Source: a virus
Lineage: Duplodnaviria > Caudoviricetes
DNA length: 64,000 nt
IMG/VR virus record: IMGVR_UViG_3300027759_000001
Reading direction: 5' to 3' (one strand)
In this document: positions 30,587-39,651 of the stretch, piece after piece
Position numbering within the stretch: position 1 is the stretch's first letter
Layout: each line of letters opens with the position of its first letter
Program-made: the position numbers and the translations under genes
The notes under the pieces: model-generated
What the model saw: only the letters and a program-made list of their open reading frames with translations
Told to the model about the DNA's origin: nothing
Databases searched by the model: none

Positions 30587-33500
30587 TGGGTGCTATACTT
30601 ATAAGTCAATTTAATTTAACGGGGGATTGTACAAATGAAGGGTTAGGTGTTGTAACTTTTACTGTGACTGGAGATAGTCCCAATTGGTTAGTGACTGAAA
30701 CTCCTACTCCCGATGTTAATTTACCAACATCGGCATTAACAATATCTAATAATGTTTATTATTATTCAGGTTTAAGTCCGGGTAGTTATTTTTTACAAGT
30801 ATACGACTCAACATATAGTAATTATGAGGTTGTAAATTTTTATATATCTTCAGGTACCTGTGTTTCAATTAATACGACAGATACTACTTGTGGTTTTGAT
30901 AACGGAGGTATAACCGCAACAACAGAATATTATTATGGTGGTGGAGCAGGGGCGACTTTTGCTTTATATGATATTGGTGATAATTTTATTTCAAGTGGAA
31001 CTTCAATAAGTAATGAATATGTTTTTCCTCCTGTTTCTGGTGGAACTTATTATGTTGTTGCTAATGATGGGGGTGGTTGTACAGGTATAAGTCAATCCTG
31101 TATAATTAATGAATCAATACCATTTGATTATGGTTATTATGTTGTAAATGATGGAAGTTGTATAAGTAGTGATGGCAGTGGTAAAATATTTTTAACAGGT
31201 TTATCTGATCCAAGTTTATATACGGTTAATTGGTTAACGAGTGTTAATGGGCAAACTGGAACAACGGTAACAGGTTTAACTGCAGGTTTATATAATGTAG
31301 AAGTTACAAATAATGATGGTTGTGTTGCAAGTAAAATAATCACAATTACTGGTGTGGAACCATTGGGTATTGGTGGTTTTATGACATATCCACCTGATTG
31401 TTTTGTAAATAATGGTGAAATAAATATAATTGTAACAGGTGGAACCGCACCATATTATATTGGATGTTCTAATGGTGATAGTGCGATAATATTTAATAAT
31501 GAATATACTTTTACAGGTTTATTTTCGGGAACATACAATTTTAACATAATAGATGCCGGAGTATGTAAAGTATCTGGAACAACGTCTATCAATACTTCTA
31601 ATAGTTTTCAAGTATCAAGTATTAATACCGTAAATTCAACTTGTAATGATAATACAGGATCGGTAAATATTACTTTAATTGGATCAGGATTTTATACATA
31701 TATTTTAACTAACTCATTAAATGAAGGAGATCAAGTTGGGCCTACTCAAGATATAGTACAAAATTTTGATACATTATCTTCAGGTGATTATAATTTGGTA
31801 ATAACTGATGGTGTATGTACATATGAAAATACAATTACAATTCGTAATACCGAAAAATTCACAATTTCCGCAATCACACAAAATACTACTTGTGGATTAA
31901 ATAATGGATCAATACAATTATTGGCAAGTACGGGTGGAACATTACCTTATAGTTATCAGATTACAGGATTTCCGCCTTCATTAACAACTACTTTTAATAA
32001 TTTAGCACCTGGTAATTATGTAGGTACAGTAACTGATAGTACGGGTTGTTCACAAACTTTAAATATTTATATTAATAATTCTAATGGGGTATTATTTGAT
32101 TTAATTGTAACTCAACCAACAAGTGGTAATAATGGTCAAATTGATACTATTATATATAACGGAACACCAACATTTACATATGATTGGAGTCCAAACGTTA
32201 ATGGTCAAACAGGATCAACCGTTACATCATTAAGTGGTGGTACATATAGTTTGGAGTTAACAGATTCAAGTGGATGTACATATGTAAAAACGGTTACTTT
32301 AACAGGAACTAATAAAAAATTAAGTTATCAAACATATAACATATGTAATGATAATTTCCAAAATACGGGAATACTTGGTAAACGAGGTATGCAACAAATG
32401 TTATCCGAAGGTTTTGCAGATTTAACATATGATGATACTGGATGTGTTATTATTAGTGCTGATTTTATCGCGGATATTACCGTTGATGGTGTAAATACTC
32501 AAGAGTCCTTTTATGTTTCATCAGGATTAACGGATTATCCATCTGATTATACTTGGGGTCAAACTCTTATTGGAATTTTAGAAAGTTATGATGGTATCAG
32601 TAAAGTTGAAATAGATTATGCGACTAATGAAATAAAAATTTATAATAAATGTGTTGAAATTGATGAATGTCAACCTCAAACTATTTATTATTTATCTGAT
32701 GCAAATATTGTGATCAATTTGAAATTGGAATATAACATTTCTTGTTATCAATGTATTGTAACACCAACACCAACACCAACACAAACTTTAACACAAACAG
32801 TAACGCCAACACAAACTTTAACACCTACGCAAACATTAACGCAAACTTTAACACAAACGGTAACTCCAACACAAACTTTAACATCAACACCAGGGTTATC
32901 ACCTACGTCTACACCTACGCAAACATTAACACAAACGGTAGTACCAACGACTACACCTACGTTAACGCAAACGGTAACTCAAACATTAGATCCAACTGCA
33001 ACTCCAACACCTACACCTACATTAACACAAACATTAGCACCAACTGCAACTCCAACACCTACATTAACACAAACGTTAACACAAACATTAGCACCAACTG
33101 CAACTCCAACACCTACATTAACACAAACGTTAACGCAAACATTAGCACCAACTGCAACTCCAACACCTACATTAACACAAACGTTAACACAAACATTAGC
33201 ACCAACTGAGACTCCTACACCTACATTAACACAAACATTAACGCAAACAGTTACAAGAACTTTAACTCCAACTCCAACTAATACTCAGACATTAACACAA
33301 ACATTAGCGCCAACTGAGACTCCTACACCTACATTAACACAAACGTTAACACAAACATTAGCGCCAACTGAGACTCCTACACCTACATTAACACAAACAG
33401 TTACGCAAACATTAGCACCAACTGAGACTCCTACACCTACATTAACACAAACACCTACGCCTACATTATCACCAACGTCTACACCTACGCCTACATTAAC

Positions 33501-33966
33501 ACAAACGGTAACACCAACTCCAACACCAGCAACATTTGCTGATTGTATTGAAGGGACTATACCAAAGTATACTAATTACGACTATTACCCATGTTGTTAT
33601 CCTTACTCAAAAATAATTGGAACAACTGGTGGTTCTCCGGAGACTGTATGTTATAATCCTTTTTCTGCTTCCACAAATGTTACTCCAGTTTCACCTCAAG
33701 TAATTTGTAATATACCCCTATTAACTAGTTGTTGTCAAATTCAATTGGGTTACGATTTATCTGACAGTGTTGTGGCTTGTGGGGCGGTACAATCAACATA
33801 CTATATAAGTACCCCTTGTAAGGCTACTAGTTGTGATTTGAATGGTGCGTTCGCAATCTATACAGATAACTCTTGTACTACATTAGCACCTGACGGATAT
33901 TATTCGGATGGTATTGACTATGGATCACAATCTGGTGGAGTTTTTGCTTTTGTTGGTCCATGTTAA
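30586..33966 (+). CDS. Tail fibre/adhesin-like protein: SprB-like repeats, mucin-like Thr/Pro stalk, Cys-rich tip
   Basis: Repeats such as TTCGLNNGSIQL...GGTLPYSY...NLAPGNYVGTVTDSTGC; about 255-aa T/P/Q/L tract; Cys-rich C-terminus. Confidence 0.7.
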   Translation: MGAILISQFNLTGDCTNEGLGVVTFTVTGDSPNWLVTETPTPDVNLPTSALTISNNVYYYSGLSPGSYFLQVYDSTYSNYEVVNFYISSGTCVSINTTDTTCGFDNGGITATTEYYYGGGAGATFALYDIGDNFISSGTSISNEYVFPPVSGGTYYVVANDGGGCTGISQSCIINESIPFDYGYYVVNDGSCISSDGSGKIFLTGLSDPSLYTVNWLTSVNGQTGTTVTGLTAGLYNVEVTNNDGCVASKIITITGVEPLGIGGFMTYPPDCFVNNGEINIIVTGGTAPYYIGCSNGDSAIIFNNEYTFTGLFSGTYNFNIIDAGVCKVSGTTSINTSNSFQVSSINTVNSTCNDNTGSVNITLIGSGFYTYILTNSLNEGDQVGPTQDIVQNFDTLSSGDYNLVITDGVCTYENTITIRNTEKFTISAITQNTTCGLNNGSIQLLASTGGTLPYSYQITGFPPSLTTTFNNLAPGNYVGTVTDSTGCSQTLNIYINNSNGVLFDLIVTQPTSGNNGQIDTIIYNGTPTFTYDWSPNVNGQTGSTVTSLSGGTYSLELTDSSGCTYVKTVTLTGTNKKLSYQTYNICNDNFQNTGILGKRGMQQMLSEGFADLTYDDTGCVIISADFIADITVDGVNTQESFYVSSGLTDYPSDYTWGQTLIGILESYDGISKVEIDYATNEIKIYNKCVEIDECQPQTIYYLSDANIVINLKLEYNISCYQCIVTPTPTPTQTLTQTVTPTQTLTPTQTLTQTLTQTVTPTQTLTSTPGLSPTSTPTQTLTQTVVPTTTPTLTQTVTQTLDPTATPTPTPTLTQTLAPTATPTPTLTQTLTQTLAPTATPTPTLTQTLTQTLAPTATPTPTLTQTLTQTLAPTETPTPTLTQTLTQTVTRTLTPTPTNTQTLTQTLAPTETPTPTLTQTLTQTLAPTETPTPTLTQTVTQTLAPTETPTPTLTQTPTPTLSPTSTPTPTLTQTVTPTPTPATFADCIEGTIPKYTNYDYYPCCYPYSKIIGTTGGSPETVCYNPFSASTNVTPVSPQVICNIPLLTSCCQIQLGYDLSDSVVACGAVQSTYYISTPCKATSCDLNGAFAIYTDNSCTTLAPDGYYSDGIDYGSQSGGVFAFVGPC
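32760..33530 (+). repeat. Coding tandem repeats (54-nt / 18-aa unit LAPT[AE]TPTPTLTQTLTQT and variants)
   Basis: acattaacacaaacgttaacacaaacattagcaccaactgcaactccaacacct recurs imperfectly. Confidence 0.9.
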
Positions 33967-34015
33967 AAATATAATTAAATATTTGTAATGTCGTAATTTC
34001 ATTATCAAAACCTTT

Positions 34016-34044
34016 TTGATATAAAATTCACTTTTATTTATTAT
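34016..34044 (+). promoter_or_regulatory. sigma70-type promoter TTGATA-17-TATTAT (overlaps TATTTAT at 34035)
   Basis: Exact 17-nt spacer; upstream of the glycosyltransferase. Confidence 0.5.
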
Positions 34045-34061
34045 ATAATATCTTTTAATAT

Positions 34062-35036
34062 ATGGAAAATATTCTTTTTGTAACCGCACAACCTGACGTA
34101 CCTTATTTTCATTGGCAAGTAAAATTATATACTCATAATTTTATTGATAAAGGAATTAAACCTTGTCAGATCCATGTAATTTTTGGATTACAAAAAAAAC
34201 AACAACCATCAAAAGGAGCATTAGAATTATGTGATTATGGTTACAATGTTCATTTCTACGATGACGACAGAGATAATAAATCTTATATACCAAGTATTAA
34301 ACCATATTTAATTTACCAATGGTTAAAGGAGTATCCTGAAAATAGTAAATTGTTTTTTCTTCATGATTCTGATATTATATTCAATAGATTACCTGATTTT
34401 GATAAATTATTAAATGATAATATTTCTTATTTATCTGACACCATAGGGTATATTGGTTACAACTACATTAAAGATTGTTGTGATAGATATGAGAAACAAC
34501 ACCCATCATCAAACAAAGAACAATTATTTCAAGAAATGGCTGACATAATTGGAATTGATGTTGATCTAATTAAACAAAATCAAGAAAATTCAGGTGGAGG
34601 TCAATACCTAATCAAAAATACGGATCCACTATTATGGGCTAAGATTTATGATGATTGTACACCATTATATAACCAAATGTTAGATTATCAAAAAAGATTT
34701 CCAATCAACCCTGGTCAAATACAATTTTGGACTGCAGAAATGTGGTCATTATTATGGAATATGTGGAATTCGGGATATAAGACAAAAATCACAAATGAAT
34801 TTGATTTTTCTTGGGCAACTGACGATATTAATATTTATAATGAAAAACCAATATTACATATGGCAGGTGTGACTGACCAATTAAAAACTACAAAATTTTA
34901 TAAGGGAGATTTCATAAACAGGAATCCAATTGAGGATTTAAGGAATGATAGTAGTTACTTCAATTATGTGGATAAAAATAGTTCCACAATTAAATATATT
35001 GAAGTAATGGAGTCATTTTTAGAAAAAAATAAATAA
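34062..35036 (+). CDS. GT-A fold glycosyltransferase resembling plant HPAT (GT95) / peptidyl-serine galactosyltransferase (GT96)
   Basis: PYFHWQ, YIPSIKP...QWL, DxD in HDSDIIF, WTAEMW, PILHMAG. Confidence 0.7.
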   Translation: MENILFVTAQPDVPYFHWQVKLYTHNFIDKGIKPCQIHVIFGLQKKQQPSKGALELCDYGYNVHFYDDDRDNKSYIPSIKPYLIYQWLKEYPENSKLFFLHDSDIIFNRLPDFDKLLNDNISYLSDTIGYIGYNYIKDCCDRYEKQHPSSNKEQLFQEMADIIGIDVDLIKQNQENSGGGQYLIKNTDPLLWAKIYDDCTPLYNQMLDYQKRFPINPGQIQFWTAEMWSLLWNMWNSGYKTKITNEFDFSWATDDINIYNEKPILHMAGVTDQLKTTKFYKGDFINRNPIEDLRNDSSYFNYVDKNSSTIKYIEVMESFLEKNK

Positions 35037-35041
35037 CTGAT

Positions 35042-35049
35042 TATTTATT
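35042..35049 (+). promoter_or_regulatory. Putative late promoter TATTTATT
   Basis: Motif just upstream of ATG 35054. Confidence 0.5.
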
Positions 35050-35053
35050 AGTA

Positions 35054-36379
35054 ATGGGAACTCAACCGATAATAGTAAAACCTGTAAATGAATGTGCAAT
35101 AATAACGTTATTTCCAATGACGGCTATATGTAATAGTATTAATCCAAGTACACCACAATCTTACGATGGATCAGTTAGTGTTTTGGTTAGTGGTGGTACT
35201 CCACCATATAATATTACTTGGGAAGAAGGTGGATCTGGACCAACAAAGTCTAATATTGGTGTTGGTAATTATCACGCAACCATAGTTGATTTTTATGGTG
35301 ATTTTACTGCAAATACAATATGTAGTTTAACTGCGGAAACAACCACAACCACAACTTCCACTTCAACAACTACTTTACCTGTTTATAGTGGTTTATGTAT
35401 GTATTTTACAAATACACATGGACCTAACTCGGAGACACATCAATTTTTATTTAATGGGTATTTAAATGGACAACCTACTTGGAAATCTGATGATAATTTA
35501 TATGATATATATTGGAGTACAGGAACAACAAATCAATGGTTAGTTGATGGATGGAGTAATGGTATTATTTATAATTCAAATACATCCACACCTCCATTAA
35601 CAGGATGGCAATTCTTAGGTGGAAGTTATTCTGCGTCATATGTAATTACTGTATTGGAAGGGGTTTGTGTGAGTAATCCTATGATTAATATGTCAATAAG
35701 TAAACAAGCACCAACTTGTGTTAATAATGGTAGTATTATTATAACTGCAAATGGTGGAACACCGGCATACCAATATTCAATTAATGGAGGAACTACGTAT
35801 CAATCAAGTCCGGTATTTAGTAATTTAGGTAGTGGTATTTATAGTGTTATGGCTAAAGATTCAAATAATATAACCACAACACAAAGTGTTACATTAACAT
35901 CAGCATCTGTTATTAACACTTATCAAATTCAATTACTTTTAACTGGTCCTAATTCTTTTAATATTCTAGTAACACCTACATTACCTAGTGGTACGTTTAT
36001 TACTTTTAATTTAACACATAATAGTACATTTAAATTAGCTCCTTCACCAACTGTGGCAACATATAATAATTTAGTTACGGTTATTGTTAATGGGACTCCA
36101 ATAACAACACCATCACCTATCTTAACTACAAGTACAACGTTTAATCCTTGTGATTCAGGATCAATTTACACAAAGATTAATGTAACTAATTGGAATACAA
36201 TAACATTTAATTCGTCAACTACAATAAGTGGTACTTTTACAAATACTATAAACCCAATAACACCTTTAGTTAATTGTTATAATGTTAGTGGTCAAAGTAA
36301 AATATTAATTAATAATGCTAAGTTGAATAAATGTGAATGTTGTAATCTTATAGTTAAAAATCCATCATATAATAAATAA
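35054..36379 (+). CDS. SprB-repeat protein with Thr-rich linker, putative virion fibre component
   Basis: YDGSVSVLVSGGTPPYNITW; PTCVNNGSIIITANGGTPAYQYSINGG; TTTTTSTSTTT. Confidence 0.65.
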   Translation: MGTQPIIVKPVNECAIITLFPMTAICNSINPSTPQSYDGSVSVLVSGGTPPYNITWEEGGSGPTKSNIGVGNYHATIVDFYGDFTANTICSLTAETTTTTTSTSTTTLPVYSGLCMYFTNTHGPNSETHQFLFNGYLNGQPTWKSDDNLYDIYWSTGTTNQWLVDGWSNGIIYNSNTSTPPLTGWQFLGGSYSASYVITVLEGVCVSNPMINMSISKQAPTCVNNGSIIITANGGTPAYQYSINGGTTYQSSPVFSNLGSGIYSVMAKDSNNITTTQSVTLTSASVINTYQIQLLLTGPNSFNILVTPTLPSGTFITFNLTHNSTFKLAPSPTVATYNNLVTVIVNGTPITTPSPILTTSTTFNPCDSGSIYTKINVTNWNTITFNSSTTISGTFTNTINPITPLVNCYNVSGQSKILINNAKLNKCECCNLIVKNPSYNK

Positions 36380-36395
36380 AAATTAACTAATAAAC

Positions 36396-36403
36396 TATTT
36401 ATT
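36396..36403 (+). promoter_or_regulatory. Putative late promoter TATTTATT
   Basis: Motif 6 nt upstream of ATG 36410. Confidence 0.5.
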
Positions 36404-36409
36404 GATTAA

Positions 36410-38923
36410 ATGAGTTATATATTAAAAAATACATCAGGGTTAGTTAACACTAGGATTACTGATACCGGAAGGTTAAAATTATCACAAGGTAATTTTAACA
36501 TATCTTATTTCCAAATTGGAGATAGTGAAGTGTCATATAATGAATTACCAAACACTTATAATCAATCAAATAGTGTTGTTTTAGAACCAAGTTTTAATAG
36601 TCAAAATAATGCTGGATCTCCTGAATCAAACAAACAAAATATTAAATACCCATATTATGTTGATGACAATAATAGTAATACTTATGGTATACCATTTATG
36701 GATTCTGTTATTGAACCTGTTTATAATAGAGCCCCACTAAGAGGATTTTTTACAGGTAATACAACTGCATCAACAATTAATTATAGTGCATTTACAGGAT
36801 CAAAATATGTTGTCACATCCAATTATATTGTTGATATGTCAACATTAGATGGTTCAAATCAAATAACAATTATTCAAGATATATGCGACCCAACAAATAC
36901 CAGTAAACCTGGTGTTGGAGATTTTATTACAATATATTATGATGGTTTAGCAAAATACGATTGTTCTTGTGTTAATTTACCGACACCGACACCAACGGCA
37001 ACAATAGGTACTACACCAACATTAACTAATACTCCCACTGCGTCAAATACTAATCTTGACCCGTGTGCGTCACCAACACCAACACCAACTCCATCGGCAA
37101 CACCTTGTTTGACACCATCAAATAAACCCGTTTGTCCTATACCACCTGACCCTTCATGTGTTAAACCTGTTCATTCATGTTTTCCAATATTAACATATCG
37201 GATTATTGATATATGTGAGAATAATGTGACTTTGGATAGACCAACACCTAATTATATTGGGTTAAGTACATATTGTTTTGGTAGAGTATTGGTATATCCA
37301 CCAAATATGACAACAATATACGATAGTATCACACCTCGTCCACATTGGTCAGATGATGTTATTAATTTTGAGTCAATTTGTGATATTGATCAGTTTGATG
37401 TGAAAGTATGGAATATGAATATTCCTTGGACGGAAAGTCCTGCGGGGTTAAGATCTACTGAATATGAAGATTATACTTATTTTGGTTCTATTGATTATAT
37501 TGGTAGTAAAGAATATTTTGGATACAATTCTACATCAGGACAAACTGATACAAGTTATGTGTATTATTATAACTCATTTGATGAAATTGTTCAGGTTAAA
37601 CCTGAGGAACAGAAGGCAATTGCAATTATACATTATACAAATCAAACTATAGATTTCTTCTATGGTGAGAAATTTGCGTTAGAACCTTATAATAACTCAA
37701 ACCCTGAAGATACAACAGGACAAGCAAGAAACTTTAAATTACATATGCCTACATTAATGTGGCATAAAAATCCTGAGTGTTGTTATGGTCAAACATTTTG
37801 GGTTGATCCTCCGGGATTTGAAGAAAAAGGTTTATTCCAAGTTCAATATATTAAGTCAACTAAGAATACTGATATGAATCAACCTGGTATTCGTTATTAT
37901 CACTTGTGGGACACTAATGCAAATGCGGATGGATTACCAAGTAGAGTTGGTAAAGTATTCCCTGATAGTAAATTAATTATTATTGATGATGAGGAAATTA
38001 TTGCGGCGTTATCATACAAGTCAAATAGAAACTGGACATTACCGGCACCACAGGTGTCTTTAATAACTCCTAATACTTGTGGTTTAACTACCTCAACAAC
38101 TGAAGGTATTTTAACAGGTAGTAGTGAAACTATGTTTGTTACTTATAGATTAAGTAATCCTTATAATTTTACTAATTCATTACATTCTAATTATTATTCT
38201 AAAATAATGGGTAATAATAATGATTGTAATCCTGACACATCTAAAAATGTAGCAGTTAGATTTGGTGCTGAGTTTAAATGTTTAACACAACCTGGATATA
38301 ATCCTGTTACAACTACAACAACTTATTCTCCATTAACAACTACTACAACTTATTTACCATTAACGACTACTACGACAACACATTGTCCAACTACTTGTGA
38401 TACACCTAATGGATTCTTTGCGACTAACTTCCAAGTAATTGCACAAAAAGTGGTAACAGGACAAAGACCTGATCCATCTAAATGGAAAGTTATTGACTAC
38501 ACTAGTTCGTTATCGGCAACAACAATAAATGGGTATATAACTGAAGATGGTTTAACTGGAACAACATTTGTTATTACACCTGATCTTTATAATAATTCAC
38601 CATATTATAATCTTAATAATTTTATTCCATTAACACCACTTGGTACTACCACACCTAATCTTAATTTTGGTGATGAGTACTATTTCTATGGGTCTTTTGA
38701 AAGTGATATACAGGCAACAATTTATGAGATGAGGTATAAAGTAAATTTAAGTTTCGCTGAATTCCAAACCACAACAAATCCTACATGGAAAAAAGGATCT
38801 AATTCTTATGTCACTGAGATTGCGTTACTTGATAGTAATAAAGATGTTATGGTTGTTTCTAAGATGCAATCACCGGTATTAAGACAAGGTATACAACAGT
38901 TTGTGGTTAAGTTAGATTTGTAA
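36410..38923 (+). CDS. Baseplate/tail-collar-like structural protein with Thr/Pro insertions
   Basis: N-terminal TRITDTGRLKLSQGNFNISYFQIGDSEVSY; C-terminal YVTEIALLDSNKDVMVVSKMQSPV (tail-collar-like). Confidence 0.55.
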   Translation: MSYILKNTSGLVNTRITDTGRLKLSQGNFNISYFQIGDSEVSYNELPNTYNQSNSVVLEPSFNSQNNAGSPESNKQNIKYPYYVDDNNSNTYGIPFMDSVIEPVYNRAPLRGFFTGNTTASTINYSAFTGSKYVVTSNYIVDMSTLDGSNQITIIQDICDPTNTSKPGVGDFITIYYDGLAKYDCSCVNLPTPTPTATIGTTPTLTNTPTASNTNLDPCASPTPTPTPSATPCLTPSNKPVCPIPPDPSCVKPVHSCFPILTYRIIDICENNVTLDRPTPNYIGLSTYCFGRVLVYPPNMTTIYDSITPRPHWSDDVINFESICDIDQFDVKVWNMNIPWTESPAGLRSTEYEDYTYFGSIDYIGSKEYFGYNSTSGQTDTSYVYYYNSFDEIVQVKPEEQKAIAIIHYTNQTIDFFYGEKFALEPYNNSNPEDTTGQARNFKLHMPTLMWHKNPECCYGQTFWVDPPGFEEKGLFQVQYIKSTKNTDMNQPGIRYYHLWDTNANADGLPSRVGKVFPDSKLIIIDDEEIIAALSYKSNRNWTLPAPQVSLITPNTCGLTTSTTEGILTGSSETMFVTYRLSNPYNFTNSLHSNYYSKIMGNNNDCNPDTSKNVAVRFGAEFKCLTQPGYNPVTTTTTYSPLTTTTTYLPLTTTTTTHCPTTCDTPNGFFATNFQVIAQKVVTGQRPDPSKWKVIDYTSSLSATTINGYITEDGLTGTTFVITPDLYNNSPYYNLNNFIPLTPLGTTTPNLNFGDEYYFYGSFESDIQATIYEMRYKVNLSFAEFQTTTNPTWKKGSNSYVTEIALLDSNKDVMVVSKMQSPVLRQGIQQFVVKLDL

Positions 38924-38974
38924 AAAACTTTAGTTTTAACATCTTACTATTATATTATAATAAAACAATCTTTT

Positions 38975-39583
38975 ATGAGGACACCAATGAAAAATTCACC
39001 TAAAGTATTGGGATTAGACATCTCAACTAAAACAATAGGGTGGGCACTCTTTGATATTAAAACACAAGATTTATTAGAATTAACTCACGTATCTCCAAGA
39101 CCTAAAAATAAAGATACTGAGGAAAATAAGATGTTAGAATTAATATTAAAATCTGAAGTATTCAAAACTAAATTAGAGGATTATAAAAAATTAGGGATTG
39201 TAAGTGTTATTATTGAAGAACCATTATTAAACTCTAATAATGTTTATACAATCCAAACTTTATTAAGATTTAATACGTTAATATGTAAAACAATTTATGA
39301 TGTGTTAGGTATTGTTCCTGAATTTATATCAACTTATAACTCAAGAAAATTTGCATTCCCCGAATTAGTTCAAGAAAATGATAAAAAGAAACACGTTTTA
39401 TTTGGAGGACTTCCTAAGGACATTGATAAGAAAATGATCATATGGGAGTTGGTTGCAAAAAAAGAACCTCAGATCCAATGGCAATATACAAGAAACAATA
39501 CTTTGAAGAAAGAAAACTTTGACCAAACAGATGCTTATGCTTGTGTGTTAGGTTATATGAGAAGTAAAGAAATTTGGAATTAA
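38975..39583 (+). CDS. RuvC-like Holliday junction resolvase
   Basis: VLGLDISTKTIGWA, VIIEEP, DQTDAYAC. Confidence 0.8.
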   Translation: MRTPMKNSPKVLGLDISTKTIGWALFDIKTQDLLELTHVSPRPKNKDTEENKMLELILKSEVFKTKLEDYKKLGIVSVIIEEPLLNSNNVYTIQTLLRFNTLICKTIYDVLGIVPEFISTYNSRKFAFPELVQENDKKKHVLFGGLPKDIDKKMIIWELVAKKEPQIQWQYTRNNTLKKENFDQTDAYACVLGYMRSKEIWN

Positions 39584-39609
39584 TATCGTTTAATTTACCG
39601 ATAATTTAG

Positions 39610-39640
39610 AATATCGTCTTTTCGGACGATATTTTTTTTT
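39610..39640 (+). terminator. Terminator between convergent genes
   Basis: AATATCGTC...GACGATATT stem followed by a long T run. Confidence 0.85.
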
Positions 39641-39651
39641 ATTTATAAATT

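Noticed and set aside
32742-33209. 155-aa Asn/Thr-rich ORF in the track
   Set aside because: Alternate-frame shadow of the Thr/Pro repeat in 30586-33966
32760-33530. Possible CRISPR array
   Set aside because: Repeats are contiguous, in-frame and degenerate at third codon positions, with no unique spacers and no cas genes
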